The notes under the pieces were generated by a model. The model saw nothing but the letters and a program-made list of their open reading frames with translations. It made no database searches and had not been told where the DNA came from. From assembly GCF_009831105.1 (NCBI RefSeq), contig NZ_WUUQ01000003.1, positions 1 to 32,000 of the forward strand: a stretch of 32,000 bases of DNA, in the 5' to 3' direction. The translations under genes were made by a program, and so were the position numbers. Shown piece by piece: positions 1-10,208 of the stretch; within the stretch, counting starts at the first letter, position 1, and the number at the start of each line of letters is the position of its first letter. The stretch is from Copranaerobaculum intestinale (lineage in GTDB: Bacteria; Bacillota_I; Bacilli_A; Erysipelotrichales; Erysipelotrichaceae).

Positions 1-58
1 CCAGCGGCGACAATAACCGGGCCTGCCCCGTGTGAAGATAGCTCATTGCCAGGTGATC

Positions 59-90
59 GACTCTCTTCTCTTTGTTGAGAGTCTTTTTTT
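59..90 (+). terminator. Rho-independent terminator ending an upstream + strand transcript whose body lies outside the window
   Basis: 7-bp stem gactctc (59-65) / gagagtc (77-83), 11-nt loop, then T7 run at 84-90. Confidence 0.55.
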
Positions 91-562
91 ATTCCTTTCC
101 TGCTTCGGTTCTTGTATAATGAATGATTTTGAAATCTATTATTAAGTATGGTGCTTTATCATTTCATTTATAAGGCGCAGGGGTAAGAAAGCTGCTGATT
201 CTAATACATATTTGGTGAATTGCAGATCGAGTAAAAAAAATATAGATTCCTTAAATATTTAATTTGGCATGTCATGAATGACTGTTGATACATATAGAAG
301 AATCAACAAACTGCTTTATTATCCATAGAACAGTTCATGGAGGACACTAATAAAAGTATGTAGAATTAAATCAATGAGATACATGGGTAAATCATCAATA
401 ATTGATATCGTTATGGTTTGATAGCTATGTACATAGTATCTTTATGCAGAATGAAACTGCTGAAGTATTCAATCATCAAGCGTTCATGATGTTTTGGTTA
501 TGATAAGTTATGAATAGGCTTGTTCTGATTTCATCAATGATAGATTTGATTAACTGCATAAA

Positions 563-589
563 TAAAAAAATCGTGATCTACACGATTTT
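563..589 (-). terminator. Putative terminator of the rubredoxin-like gene (minus strand)
   Basis: Stem aatcgtg / cacgatt around loop atcta. On the minus strand it is followed by a T7 run (A-run 564-570 on +). The hairpin overlaps the stop codon at 578-580. Confidence 0.45.
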
Positions 590-763
590 ACTGTTTTTGA
601 TTCGATGAAACTCATCTGTTGCGTTACATACTTCAACTTCAATATTACGTTCTGTGAATTCTGAACGGGAAGCATCACACAATGGGCATTGATAATCATT
701 TGGTTCTTTTTTGAAATCATCGCCGTCGTAGATGTAACCGCATATATTGCACATGTAACTCAT
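578..763 (-). CDS. Small rubredoxin-like Fe(Cys)4 protein with a short inter-knuckle loop and a C-terminal tail
   Basis: ORF track gives 578..778. I prefer the ATG at 763 because a GAGGA sits 8 nt upstream on the minus strand, giving 61 aa: [15 protein letters not shown]...YQCPLCDASRSEF. There are two CxxC knuckles (C5/C8, C26/C29) and a GYIYD motif. Confidence 0.8.
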   Translation of the reverse strand: MSYMCNICGYIYDGDDFKKEPNDYQCPLCDASRSEFTERNIEVEVCNATDEFHRIKNSKIV

Positions 764-792
764 TTTCAATGTCCTCACTTTCCAACATGAAC

Positions 793-821
793 AGTATATG
801 AAAAATTGCTGAATAAGTCAT
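793..821 (-). promoter_or_regulatory. Candidate sigma-A promoter for the rubredoxin-like gene
   Basis: Read on the minus strand: ATGACT (-35), 17-nt spacer, TATACT (-10), about 30 nt upstream of the ATG. Confidence 0.3.
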
Positions 822-1205
822 GCTAAATGCCCGACAGTTTGATAATGAGAAATCCTTATCCTTATGCCCGGCTTTTCTCACCTGAGAGAGGGACGGATGA
901 GCATGTCCAGGTAAAGTGTATCTTTGATTCATAATGTCAGTTGAGGTACTGATACCCGCTTCTGATTCTTCGGGATATCTGCTGCATTGATATTTTCATA
1001 GCTGCGTTTTCAAAATAAATGAATTGCGGTTCTATGTAGCTTTACCTTTGCGAGGATCGTATAATTAGCAGGGCTGCTTACTTTTTCTTTCACATCAATT
1101 CCTTTTTTTAAAACCAGTTTTATCATATGTTTAAATGAATGTAATATGATTGTTCTTAGGAAATGCCGCAATGTTCTCATTTCAAAAAATTTATTCAAAA
1201 AAAGA

Positions 1206-1234
1206 TTGACATGTTTTTGGAAATCCATTATTAT
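1206..1234 (+). promoter_or_regulatory. str operon promoter
   Basis: TTGACA (1206-1211), 17-nt spacer, TATTAT (1229-1234). It is followed by a leader of about 95 nt with two hairpins (1255-1275 and 1295-1314) before the rpsL RBS. Confidence 0.55.
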
Positions 1235-1336
1235 ATGTAAGCTAGCGTAGAATTGGTTCCCGTATCAAGGGAACTAAAATTATGCTGTAAGATGGCACAC
1301 CCGGAAAAGTGTGTTACAAGTGAAAGGAGGATATTC

Positions 1337-1756
1337 ATGCCAACAATTAACCAATTGATCCGTAAAGGTCGTGAACAGAATGTGTGGGTTTCAAAATCAC
1401 CTGCTTTAAATAGAGGTTACAACTCACTGAAACGTCGTCCTACTGACATCAGCGCTCCTCAGAAACGTGGAGTATGTACGCGTGTCGGTACTATGACCCC
1501 GAAAAAACCAAACTCTGCTTTACGTAAATACGCCCGTGTTCGTCTGAGTAATGGAATGGAGGTAACTGCTTACATTCCTGGAATTGGACATAACCTGCAG
1601 GAGCACAGTGTGGTTTTGATTCGTGGCGGTCGTGTTAAGGATCTGCCAGGTGTTCGTTACCACATTATTCGCGGTACACTGGACTGTGCTGGTGTTGCGA
1701 ACCGTAATCAGGCTCGTTCCCGCTATGGCGCGAAGAAACCAAAAGCAGCAAAATAA
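1337..1756 (+). CDS. rpsL: 30S ribosomal protein S12
   Basis: [12 protein letters not shown]...[11 protein letters not shown]...; AAAGGAGG at 1323-1330. The ORF-track start at 1253 (TTG) is an upstream in-frame artefact. Confidence 0.98.
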   Translation: MPTINQLIRKGREQNVWVSKSPALNRGYNSLKRRPTDISAPQKRGVCTRVGTMTPKKPNSALRKYARVRLSNGMEVTAYIPGIGHNLQEHSVVLIRGGRVKDLPGVRYHIIRGTLDCAGVANRNQARSRYGAKKPKAAK

Positions 1757-1785
1757 ATCATTCGTGATGAAAGGAGGAAATCTTA

Positions 1786-2256
1786 ATGCCTAGAAAAGGA
1801 CATATAGCAAAACGCGATGTATTAGTAGATCCTATTTACAACTCCAAGCTGGTCACTCGTCTGATCAACAAAATCATGATTGATGGGAAAAGAGGGGTTG
1901 CACAGACGATCCTATACAACGCATTCGATATTATTGAAGTAAAAACAGAGCGTAAACCAATGGAGGTTTTCGAACAGGCGATGGAGAATGTTATGCCGTT
2001 GCTGGAGCTGAAAGCTCGCCGTGTCGGCGGTTCTAACTACCAGGTGCCGGTTGAAGTTTCTCAGGAGAGACGCTTAACACTGGCGCTGCGCTGGATTGTA
2101 AAATATGCTCGTTTGAGAAGTGAAAAGACGATGGAACAGAGACTTGCTGCTGAGATTATCGATGCAGCGAACGGATCTGGTCAGTCGGTTAAGAAACGCG
2201 AAGACATCCACAAGATGGCAGAGGCCAATAAGGCATTCGCACACTACCGCTGGTAG
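1786..2256 (+). CDS. rpsG: 30S ribosomal protein S7
   Basis: 156 aa, [20 protein letters not shown]..., canonical S7. RBS AAAGGAGG lies upstream. Confidence 0.98.
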   Translation: MPRKGHIAKRDVLVDPIYNSKLVTRLINKIMIDGKRGVAQTILYNAFDIIEVKTERKPMEVFEQAMENVMPLLELKARRVGGSNYQVPVEVSQERRLTLALRWIVKYARLRSEKTMEQRLAAEIIDAANGSGQSVKKREDIHKMAEANKAFAHYRW

Positions 2257-2274
2257 GAAGGAGCCTAAATTATT

Positions 2275-4353
2275 ATGGCACGTGAATTTTCATTAGAAAA
2301 AACTCGTAATATTGGTATCATGGCTCACATCGATGCCGGTAAGACGACAACTACAGAACGTATTCTGTACTATACTGGTGTTAACCACAAGATCGGTGAA
2401 ACACATGATGGAGCTTCCACGATGGACTGGATGGCACAGGAGCAGGAGCGTGGTATCACGATCACTTCTGCTGCTACTACCTGTCAGTGGAAAGAACACC
2501 GTGTAAACATTATTGATACTCCGGGCCACGTAGACTTCACGGTTGAGGTTGAACGTTCCCTGCGTGTACTCGATGGTGCTGTAACGGTACTGGATGCAAA
2601 AGCTGGTGTTGAACCGCAGACTGAAACCGTATGGCGTCAGGCTACTACTTACGGCGTTCCTCGTATCGTATTTGTCAACAAGATGGATGCTACGGGAGCT
2701 GACTTCATTATGTCAGCGGAGTCGATCGTTAAGCGTTTGGGTGCGAAGGCAACTCCGATCCAGCTGCCGATCGGTGCTGAAAGCAGCTTCAAGGGTATCA
2801 TTGATATTATTGAACGTAAGGCTGAAATCTACACCAATGATATGGGTACAGATATTCAGATTACGGAAATCCCCGAAGAATTTCAGGCAGACTGTGAAAA
2901 ATATCGCGCTCAGCTGATTGAAATGATCGCTGATTACGATGAAGACTTCATGATGAAAGTCCTGGAAGGTGAGGAACCGACGATTGATGAAATCAAGGCT
3001 ACGATCCGTAAGGGAGTATGTACCGGTGAATTCTTCCCAGTACTTTGCGGATCTGCTTATAAGAACAAGGGTGTTCAGATGGTGTTGGATGCGGTAATCG
3101 CTTACCTGCCTGCCCCGACTGATATTCCGGCTATCAAGGGTACGACCATTGATGGTGAAGAAGTGGAACGCCATGCGAGCGATGAAGAGCCTTTCTCGGC
3201 ACTGGCTTTCAAGATCATGACGGATCCGTTTGTCGGCAAGCTGTCCTACTTCCGCGTGTACTCAGGTACTGCGAAAGCCGGCACTTATGTTCTGAACTCA
3301 ACCAAAAATAAAAAAGAGCGTTTTGCCCGTATCGTTCAAATGCACGCAAACTCTCGTAAAGAAATTGATCAGGTTTACGCCGGTGATATCGCCGCTGCCG
3401 TAGGTTTGAAGGATACAACGACCGGAGACACTCTGTGTGATGAAAAAAATCCGGTTATTCTGGAATCCATGGAATTCCCTGATCCGGTAATTTCGGTTGC
3501 CGTTGAGCCGAAATCTAAGGCAGATCAGGATAAAATGGGTCTGGCGCTTGCCAAACTGGCAGAAGAAGATCCGACCTTCAAGACTTGGACAGATCAGGAC
3601 AGCGGACAGACAATCATTGCCGGTGTTGGTGAATTGCACCTGGATATTATTGTTGACCGTATGCGCCGTGAGTTCAAGGTTGAAGCCAATGTCGGAGCTC
3701 CTCAGGTAGCTTATCGTGAGACAATCCGTCAGAGTGCTGAGTGTGAAGGTAAATACATCAAGCAGTCCGGCGGACGCGGTCAGTATGGTCACGTTTGGAT
3801 TCGCTTCGAGCCTCAGGAAGAGGGCAAGGGATTCGAATTCGTTGATGCAACTGTCGGCGGAAGCGTACCGCGTGAATTTATCAAGCCAACCAATGAAGGA
3901 TTGGAAGCAGCTCTGAATAACGGTCTGTTAGCCGGATATCCGGTTGTAGACATCAAAGCTACTCTGTTCGATGGTTCTTACCACGATGTCGATTCATCGG
4001 AAATGGCATATAAGATTGCCGCTTCGATGGCGCTGAAGGAAGCCGCTAAAAAATGTAAGCCGGTTATTCTTGAGCCGATTGAAGCAGTTGATATTACGGC
4101 GCCTGCTGAATACCTCGGTAGTGTTATGGGTGATGTATCCAGCCGCCGCGGTCAGATTGTAGAACAGGAAGAACGCGGAACTGCGATTATCGTACGTGCG
4201 ATGATCCCGCTTTCTGAGATGTTCGGATACGTTACAGACTTGCGTTCGTTTACGCAGGGACGCGGTAACTACTCCATGAAATTTGACCATTATGCAGAAG
4301 TTCCAAAGAGCGTCACAGAGAAAATTATCAAAAACAACGCTTCCGATAATTAA
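2275..4353 (+). CDS. fusA: Elongation factor G
   Basis: 692 aa. G1 [17 protein letters not shown] and NKMD motifs, in str-operon position. Confidence 0.99.
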   Translation: MAREFSLEKTRNIGIMAHIDAGKTTTTERILYYTGVNHKIGETHDGASTMDWMAQEQERGITITSAATTCQWKEHRVNIIDTPGHVDFTVEVERSLRVLDGAVTVLDAKAGVEPQTETVWRQATTYGVPRIVFVNKMDATGADFIMSAESIVKRLGAKATPIQLPIGAESSFKGIIDIIERKAEIYTNDMGTDIQITEIPEEFQADCEKYRAQLIEMIADYDEDFMMKVLEGEEPTIDEIKATIRKGVCTGEFFPVLCGSAYKNKGVQMVLDAVIAYLPAPTDIPAIKGTTIDGEEVERHASDEEPFSALAFKIMTDPFVGKLSYFRVYSGTAKAGTYVLNSTKNKKERFARIVQMHANSRKEIDQVYAGDIAAAVGLKDTTTGDTLCDEKNPVILESMEFPDPVISVAVEPKSKADQDKMGLALAKLAEEDPTFKTWTDQDSGQTIIAGVGELHLDIIVDRMRREFKVEANVGAPQVAYRETIRQSAECEGKYIKQSGGRGQYGHVWIRFEPQEEGKGFEFVDATVGGSVPREFIKPTNEGLEAALNNGLLAGYPVVDIKATLFDGSYHDVDSSEMAYKIAASMALKEAAKKCKPVILEPIEAVDITAPAEYLGSVMGDVSSRRGQIVEQEERGTAIIVRAMIPLSEMFGYVTDLRSFTQGRGNYSMKFDHYAEVPKSVTEKIIKNNASDN

Positions 4354-4418
4354 TTGTTGCTTTTGGAAAGCGTTTAGATTAGAATATTAATGAAATCTAT
4401 AACAGGAGGAAATATAAA

Positions 4419-5603
4419 ATGGCTAAAGAAAAATTTGACAGATCGAAAACCCACGTAAATATTGGTACAATCGGTCACGTTGACCACGGTAAAACTACGT
4501 TAACTGCTGCTATTACAAATGTTCTTGCAAAAGACGGAATGGCTCAGGCTCAGGCTTATGACCAGATTGATGGTGCACCTGAAGAAAAAGAACGTGGAAT
4601 TACAATTAACACTGCACACGTTGAATACCAGACAGCAACTCGTCACTATGCACACGTTGACTGCCCGGGTCACGCTGACTACGTTAAGAACATGATCACT
4701 GGTGCTGCACAGATGGATGGTGCTATCCTGGTTGTTGCTGCATCTGATGGACCTATGCCTCAGACTCGTGAGCACATTCTGCTTGCTCGTCAGGTAGGTG
4801 TTCCTTATATCGTTGTATTCCTGAACAAATGCGACATGGTTGATGATGAAGAATTGATCGACCTGGTTGAAATGGAAGTACGCGAACTGCTGAGCGAGTA
4901 CGGATTTGACGGAGACAATGCTCCAATCATCCGCGGTTCTGCTCTGAAAGCTCTGGAAGGTGATGAAAAATACGTTGGCGCTATCAAAGAACTGATGGAT
5001 GCTGTTGACGCATACGTACCTGATCCTCAGCGTGAAACTGACAAACCGTTCCTGATGTCTGTAGAAGATGTTATGACTATCACAGGTCGTGGTACCGTTG
5101 CTACTGGACGTGTTGAGCGCGGTGAAATCAAGCTTGGTGAAGAAGTTGAAATCGTTGGTATCCACGAAACTAAGAAAACAGTTGTCACTGGACTGGAAAT
5201 GTTCCGTAAGCAGTTGGATGTTGCACAGGCCGGCGATAACATCGGTGCGCTGCTGCGCGGTATTAACCGTGATGAAATTCAGCGTGGTCAGGTACTGGCT
5301 AAACCTGGTTCCGTACACCCACACACAAACTTCAAAGCTCAGGTCTATATTCTGACAAAAGAAGAAGGTGGACGTCACACTCCATTCGTTTCTAACTACC
5401 GTCCTCAGTTCTACTTCCGTACAACTGACGTTACTGGTGTTATCACACTGCCAGAAGGTGTAGAAATGGTTATGCCGGGTGACAACATTGAAATGACAGT
5501 TGAATTGATCGCTCCAATTGCTATCGAAAACAACACAAAGTTCTCTATCCGTGAGGGTGGACGTACAGTTGGTTCTGGTAACGTTACTGAAATCATTAAG
5601 TAA
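4419..5603 (+). CDS. tuf: Elongation factor Tu
   Basis: 394 aa. [17 protein letters not shown] and NKCD motifs. Confidence 0.99.
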   Translation: MAKEKFDRSKTHVNIGTIGHVDHGKTTLTAAITNVLAKDGMAQAQAYDQIDGAPEEKERGITINTAHVEYQTATRHYAHVDCPGHADYVKNMITGAAQMDGAILVVAASDGPMPQTREHILLARQVGVPYIVVFLNKCDMVDDEELIDLVEMEVRELLSEYGFDGDNAPIIRGSALKALEGDEKYVGAIKELMDAVDAYVPDPQRETDKPFLMSVEDVMTITGRGTVATGRVERGEIKLGEEVEIVGIHETKKTVVTGLEMFRKQLDVAQAGDNIGALLRGINRDEIQRGQVLAKPGSVHPHTNFKAQVYILTKEEGGRHTPFVSNYRPQFYFRTTDVTGVITLPEGVEMVMPGDNIEMTVELIAPIAIENNTKFSIREGGRTVGSGNVTEIIK

Positions 5604-5613
5604 AAAATGTAAG

Positions 5614-5645
5614 AAAAGAAGATGTCCGCATCTTCTTTTTTTGTG
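5614..5645 (+). terminator. Rho-independent terminator of the str operon
   Basis: 11-bp stem aaaagaagatg (5614-5624) / catcttctttt (5629-5639), loop tccg, T-run continuing to 5642. Confidence 0.85.
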
Positions 5646-5734
5646 TTTGAAAGGGCGAACCCGATCGCGGATAAGCACATCAAAATCCTTTATTTATCGT
5701 CTTTTTATGAATTTCGTTTTTTCTGAAAAAAGGC

Positions 5735-5764
5735 TTGCATTCCGTTGGGCTTTTGTTATATAAT
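5735..5764 (+). promoter_or_regulatory. S10 operon promoter
   Basis: TTGCAT (5735-5740), 18-nt spacer, TATAAT (5759-5764). An untranslated leader of about 115 nt runs up to rpsJ. Confidence 0.55.
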
Positions 5765-5887
5765 ACCGTTACGACCGCATGGACGTGCGAGGTTGCTGGC
5801 ACACTGATAAGCGTTGTCATGGCGCAGTAGCTGGGGAATTCGCATCGAGCGAGTCTATAACCTATATAGACGAAAGGAGATTTATTC

Positions 5888-6199
5888 ATGGCAAAAAACA
5901 GCGTAAGAATTCGTTTAAAAGCTTACGAGCACAGAATCTTGGATGCATCTGCAGAAAAGATCGTGCAGGCGGCACAATCTCACGGTGCCAAAAAGATTGT
6001 TGGACCAGTTCCGCTTCCAACTGAAAAGCAGGTAATCACGATCCTGCGTGCGGTACACAAGTACAAAGATTCTCGTGAACAGTTCGAAATCAGAACACAC
6101 AAACGTTTGATTGAGATTGTCGGACCGACAGCAGAAACAATCGACTCACTGAGCCGTTTAGAGCTGCCAAGCGGTGTTGACATCGAGATCAAGCTGTAG
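5888..6199 (+). CDS. rpsJ: 30S ribosomal protein S10
   Basis: 103 aa, [12 protein letters not shown]... signature. RBS AAAGGAGA at 5873-5880. Confidence 0.98.
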   Translation: MAKNSVRIRLKAYEHRILDASAEKIVQAAQSHGAKKIVGPVPLPTEKQVITILRAVHKYKDSREQFEIRTHKRLIEIVGPTAETIDSLSRLELPSGVDIEIKL

Positions 6200-6216
6200 T
6201 GATGGAGGTGAACATC

Positions 6217-6906
6217 ATGAAAGGTATTTTAGGACGTAAATTAGGTATGACTCAGGTGTTTACAGAAGACGGAACTTTGATTCCGGTTACTGTAGTTGAA
6301 GCATGCCCGAACATTGTAATGCAGAAGAAAACAAAAGAGAACGACGGCTATGAAGCTGTTCAGCTCGGCTTTGAAGATATGAAAGAAGCACGCGCTACCA
6401 AGGCTGCAGTAAAGCATGCGGCAAAAGCAAATACAGCACCGAAGCGCTTCGCTAGAGAAGTTCGCAGCGAAGAAATGATGAGCTATGGTATTGGTGATGA
6501 AGTCAAGGTTGACATCTTTGCGGCTGGTGACTTAGTTGATGTCATCGGTACAAGCAAGGGTAAAGGCTTCATGGGACAGGTTTACCGTAATAACTCAAAA
6601 CTGGGACCTGCTGCTCACGGTTCAGGACACCACAGACACGTTGGTTCATTGGCTACCAATGGTATTACTTCCCGTCAGGGTAAAATTCTGAAGGGTACGA
6701 CAATGCCTGGTCAGGAAGGCGGACTTCGCACAACTAACCAGAACCTGGAAGTCATTAAAGTGGATGCTGAGCAGAATTACTTATTAATCAAAGGTAACGT
6801 ACCGGGACCAAAGCGCGGTATGGTTATCGTTCAGTCCGCTAAGCGTGCCAAGGGCTCTCGTCCGGCTGCGGTATTAGTGGATTACACGAACGCAGAGGAG
6901 GAATAG
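6217..6906 (+). CDS. rplC: 50S ribosomal protein L3
   Basis: MKGILGRKLGMTQVF... I chose the ATG at 6217 (GGAGGTG at 6204-6210) over the ORF-track start at 6199. Confidence 0.97.
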   Translation: MKGILGRKLGMTQVFTEDGTLIPVTVVEACPNIVMQKKTKENDGYEAVQLGFEDMKEARATKAAVKHAAKANTAPKRFAREVRSEEMMSYGIGDEVKVDIFAAGDLVDVIGTSKGKGFMGQVYRNNSKLGPAAHGSGHHRHVGSLATNGITSRQGKILKGTTMPGQEGGLRTTNQNLEVIKVDAEQNYLLIKGNVPGPKRGMVIVQSAKRAKGSRPAAVLVDYTNAEEE

Positions 6907-6910
6907 AAAG

Positions 6911-7546
6911 ATGCCTAAGATGGTCGTATTAAACCAGGAAGGTAAAGAACTGCACGAAATTGATCTTTGCCAGGATGTATTTGGCATCGAGCCAAATCAG
7001 CAGTGTATCTTTGATGCAATTATTATGCAGCGTGCAAGCATGCATCAGGGAACACATGATACCAAGGGCCGCAGTGAAGTAAGCGGAGGCGGACGTAAAC
7101 CTTGGCGTCAAAAGGGAACCGGACGTGCGCGTCAGGGTTCTATCCGTGCTACCCAGTGGCGCGGCGGCGGAACGGTGTTTGGACCGACTCCGCGCAGCTA
7201 TAGCTATCGTTTAAACAAGAAAGTTCGCCGTCTGGCACTGAAATCTGTATTAAGCGAAAAAGTGCTGAGCAGCGATATGATCGTAGTCGACGCACTGAAG
7301 CTGGATGCTCCTAAAACAAAGGATTTTAAAGCAGTCATCGAAAATATCAAGGCTGTAAACAAAACACTGTTTGTAGTCGGAAATGAAGAAGATGCTGTGA
7401 ATGCATTCCTGTCAATGCGCAACATCCCGACGATGATGATGCTGACAGCGGATGCTATCAACGTTTACGACATCGTGAATGCCAACAAGGTTGTATTCAC
7501 GGAAGCTGCCGTGAAGAATGTTGAGGAGGCGCTCGCAAATGAATAA
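6911..7546 (+). CDS. rplD: 50S ribosomal protein L4
   Basis: 211 aa, ...[19 protein letters not shown]... motif. Confidence 0.98.
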   Translation: MPKMVVLNQEGKELHEIDLCQDVFGIEPNQQCIFDAIIMQRASMHQGTHDTKGRSEVSGGGRKPWRQKGTGRARQGSIRATQWRGGGTVFGPTPRSYSYRLNKKVRRLALKSVLSEKVLSSDMIVVDALKLDAPKTKDFKAVIENIKAVNKTLFVVGNEEDAVNAFLSMRNIPTMMMLTADAINVYDIVNANKVVFTEAAVKNVEEALANE

Positions 7547-7841
7547 CTATAGAGATATTATCGTACGTCCGATCATCACTGAAAAGACGATGAAATACAT
7601 GGACGCAGAAAACAAAGTTACTTTCGAAGTTAAGAAGGGATCAAATAAGACCCTGATCAAACAGGCTGTGGAAGCGATCTTCGGCGTTGACGTTGTAAAA
7701 GTGAACGTTGTGAATTGCAAGCCTAAGAAAAAAAGAATGGGTAAATACATTGGTACAACCAATGCTGTCCGCAAAGCGATCGTTACAATTGCTGAAGGTC
7801 AGGACATCAATTTATTCGGCGAAGAAGAGGCTGCTGAATAG
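7539..7841 (+). CDS. rplW: 50S ribosomal protein L23
   Basis: [16 protein letters not shown]... ATG at 7539 with GAGGAGG at 7523-7529. It overlaps the rplD end by 8 nt. Confidence 0.96.
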   Translation: MNNYRDIIVRPIITEKTMKYMDAENKVTFEVKKGSNKTLIKQAVEAIFGVDVVKVNVVNCKPKKKRMGKYIGTTNAVRKAIVTIAEGQDINLFGEEEAAE

Positions 7842-7897
7842 ACAGGAAGATTCACACTATTTCCTGTATAAATATGTGTAAGGAGGAAAAGTAATCC

Positions 7898-8731
7898 ATG
7901 CCAATTAAGAAATATAAGCCGACGACTCCGGGTCGTCGTGGTATGACAGGATTAACGTTTGAGGAAATTACCGCAAGTAAGCCTGAACGTTCCCTGACAG
8001 CGCCTTTAAAAAGTAAAGGCGGACGTAACAATAACGGACGCATCACCACTCGCCATCAGGGCGGCGGACATAAGCGTACGTATCGTATCATTGACTTTAA
8101 ACGCGATAAGGATCTGATCCCGGCAAAAGTTGCTACGATTGAATATGATCCAAACCGTTCCGCTAACATTGCGCTGCTGAATTATGCAGACGGTGAAAAG
8201 CGTTACATCATTGCTCCAAAAGGCCTGACCGTAGGCATGAGCGTTGTATCCGGTGCCGGTTCTGACATCAAGGTCGGAAACTGCATGGAAATGCGCGATA
8301 TGCCAGAAGGTACCTTCATCCACAATGTGGAATTGAAGCCGGGCAAAGGCGGACAGCTGGCGCGTTCTGCTGGTGTATCTGCTCAGATTTTGGGTATTGA
8401 AGATAAGTATGTAACCGTTCGTTTGGGTTCCGGCGAGGTTCGTAAGATTTTAGGAAACTGCCGTGCTACGATCGGACAGGTTGGTAACGAAGATCACAGC
8501 TTAGTAAACATTGGTAAAGCAGGACGCTCCCGCTGGAAAGGCATTCGTCCTACCGTTCGCGGTTCCGTTATGAACCCGAATGACCACCCTCATGGCGGTG
8601 GTGAAGGACGTACACCGGTTGGACGTAAATCACCAATGACTCCTTGGGGCAAAAAAGCTATGGGTGTGAAAACTCGTAAGAAGAAGCTGGCTTCGACGAA
8701 GATGATCGTTCGTCGTCGTAACGGCAAGTAA
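7898..8731 (+). CDS. rplB: 50S ribosomal protein L2
   Basis: 277 aa, ...[13 protein letters not shown]... motif. Confidence 0.99.
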   Translation: MPIKKYKPTTPGRRGMTGLTFEEITASKPERSLTAPLKSKGGRNNNGRITTRHQGGGHKRTYRIIDFKRDKDLIPAKVATIEYDPNRSANIALLNYADGEKRYIIAPKGLTVGMSVVSGAGSDIKVGNCMEMRDMPEGTFIHNVELKPGKGGQLARSAGVSAQILGIEDKYVTVRLGSGEVRKILGNCRATIGQVGNEDHSLVNIGKAGRSRWKGIRPTVRGSVMNPNDHPHGGGEGRTPVGRKSPMTPWGKKAMGVKTRKKKLASTKMIVRRRNGK

Positions 8732-8752
8732 GCGCAAAGGAGGAAATGAAAT

Positions 8753-9031
8753 ATGAGTCGTAGTTTGAAAAAAGGACCTTTCTGTGACGAACACTTAATG
8801 AAAAAAGTAGAAGCTCTGAATGCGTCCGGCAAAAAAGAAGTAATCAAGACTTGGTCACGTCGTTCAACCATATTCCCACAGTTTGTGGAACACACTTTTG
8901 CTGTTTACAACGGAAAAGAACACCTGCCTGTTTATGTAACTGAAGACATGGTTGGTCATAAATTAGGTGAATTCGTACCGACCCGTAAATATGCGAGTCA
9001 TGGTTCAGACGACAAGAAAGCGAAAAAATAG
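8753..9031 (+). CDS. rpsS: 30S ribosomal protein S19
   Basis: 92 aa, [10 protein letters not shown]... Confidence 0.98.
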   Translation: MSRSLKKGPFCDEHLMKKVEALNASGKKEVIKTWSRRSTIFPQFVEHTFAVYNGKEHLPVYVTEDMVGHKLGEFVPTRKYASHGSDDKKAKK

Positions 9032-9040
9032 GAGGAAACG

Positions 9041-9379
9041 ATGATGGAAGTAAAAGCAACTGCTAAAACATTGCGTATCCCACCTAGAAAAGCTCGTTTG
9101 GTAATCGATCTGATCCGTGGGAAAGATGCTGCTGAAGCAGCCGCAATCTTAAGATTTACTCCGAATGCCGCTTCTGTGGCAATCGGTAAGACCCTGCATT
9201 CTGCAGTGGCAAATGCTGTAAACAATAACGATATGAATGAAGAAAAGCTTTATGTAAAAGCATGCTATGTAAACGAAGGTGTTACATTGAAACGTTTCAT
9301 GCCGCGTGCCAAAGGATCTGCAAGCGCGATCCACAAACGCACCAGCCACATTACAGTTGTGGTTGATGAGAGAGATTAA
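9041..9379 (+). CDS. rplV: 50S ribosomal protein L22
   Basis: 112 aa, ...[17 protein letters not shown]... The start could equally be the second ATG at 9044. Confidence 0.97.
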   Translation: MMEVKATAKTLRIPPRKARLVIDLIRGKDAAEAAAILRFTPNAASVAIGKTLHSAVANAVNNNDMNEEKLYVKACYVNEGVTLKRFMPRAKGSASAIHKRTSHITVVVDERD

Positions 9380-9390
9380 GGAGGTATTCC

Positions 9391-10206
9391 ATGGGACAGA
9401 AAGTTAGTCCAATCGGTTTCCGAGTTGGTGTCATCCGTGATTGGGAATCAAGATGGTACGCAGACAAAGAATATGCCGATTATCTGTTAGAAGATATTAA
9501 AATTCGTGAATTCTTGATGGCTGAGCTGAAAGCGGCTTCAGTATCAAGAGTTGAAATCGAACGTTCCAAAAACCGTGTGGAAATTATCATCCGCTCTGCT
9601 CGTCCGGGTGTGATTATCGGTACCAACGGTGAAAATGTTGAAAACTTGAAAAAGAAAGTGGAAAAGATGGTAGCTGGCAAAACAGTTTACCTGAAAGTCC
9701 TGGAAATTGCGAATCCTGATCTGGATGCTCGTCTGGTTGCCCGCAACATTGCGGATCAGCTGGAACAGCGTGCTTCCTTCCGTACAGCACAGAAGAAAGC
9801 CATCCAGAGAACTATGCGCTGCGGTGCGAAAGGAATCAAAACATTGGTTTCCGGCCGCTTAGGCGGTGCTGATATCGCTCGTGGCGAAGGCTATTCAGAA
9901 GGCGTTGTACCTTTGCACACACTGCGTGCTGATATTGATTACGCATGGGAAGAAGCATCTACAACTTACGGCCGTCTGGGTGTCAAGGTTTGGATCTGCC
10001 GCGGTGAAGTTCTGCCGGGCCAGATGGTAACGGAACCAGAAGCACCGAAGAATCCGTATAACGACCGTCGCGGCCGTCGCAGAAATGACCGCAATGATCG
10101 TCGTGGAAACAACAGAGGAAATCGCAATGACAACAGAAATGCTTCTGGGTCAAAGCCGGCTCCTCAGGCACAGGCAGGCGCTCCGGCAACTGAAGGAGGT
10201 AAATAG
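9391..10206 (+). CDS. rpsC: 30S ribosomal protein S3 with a long low-complexity C-terminal tail
   Basis: 271 aa, [14 protein letters not shown]... with KH and S3-C domains. After ...GEVLPG come 61 further residues rich in R/N/D, then [10 protein letters not shown]. Confidence 0.98.
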   Translation: MGQKVSPIGFRVGVIRDWESRWYADKEYADYLLEDIKIREFLMAELKAASVSRVEIERSKNRVEIIIRSARPGVIIGTNGENVENLKKKVEKMVAGKTVYLKVLEIANPDLDARLVARNIADQLEQRASFRTAQKKAIQRTMRCGAKGIKTLVSGRLGGADIARGEGYSEGVVPLHTLRADIDYAWEEASTTYGRLGVKVWICRGEVLPGQMVTEPEAPKNPYNDRRGRRRNDRNDRRGNNRGNRNDNRNASGSKPAPQAQAGAPATEGGK

Positions 10207-10208
10207 TC

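Noticed and set aside
1-58. Possible 3' end of an upstream gene or ncRNA before the terminator at 59-90
   Set aside because: It is too short to identify. Stops occur in two frames at 14-16 and 33-35, and the third frame runs into the terminator. No motif of a known RNA (tmRNA, RNase P, SRP, riboswitch) is recognisable by eye.
319-327. DnaA-box-like ttatccata (8/9 match to TTATCCACA)
   Set aside because: It is a single isolated near-match in AT-rich DNA, with no box cluster, no adjacent dnaA/dnaN and no AT-rich unwinding repeats. This is consistent with chance.
717-1228. Minus-strand ORFs 717..932 (71 aa) and 1010..1228 (72 aa) upstream of rpsL
   Set aside because: The first overlaps the rubredoxin-like CDS and its promoter in another frame. 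The second starts inside the rpsL promoter. Neither has an RBS, and both translate to Lys/Phe/Leu-rich AT-driven sequence with no recognisable motif. Decayed gene remnants cannot be excluded without a homology search.
2713-3792. Antisense ORFs of 153 and 164 aa inside fusA (2713..3174, 3298..3792)
   Set aside because: These are shadow ORFs opposite EF-G, with no start context and no recognisable domains.
4500-5678. 392-aa ORF antisense to tuf
   Set aside because: It lies wholly inside and opposite a highly conserved, strongly codon-biased gene. It has no RBS. Its Ser/Val/Thr/Asn-rich low-complexity translation is typical of shadow ORFs on the antisense strand of GC3-poor genes.
10060-10140. 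Quasi-repetitive cgt/aat/gac-rich DNA that could be mistaken for a tandem repeat or VNTR
   Set aside because: It is in frame within rpsC and encodes the R/N/D-rich tail. The units are imperfect and of irregular length. I report it as a protein feature rather than a DNA repeat element.
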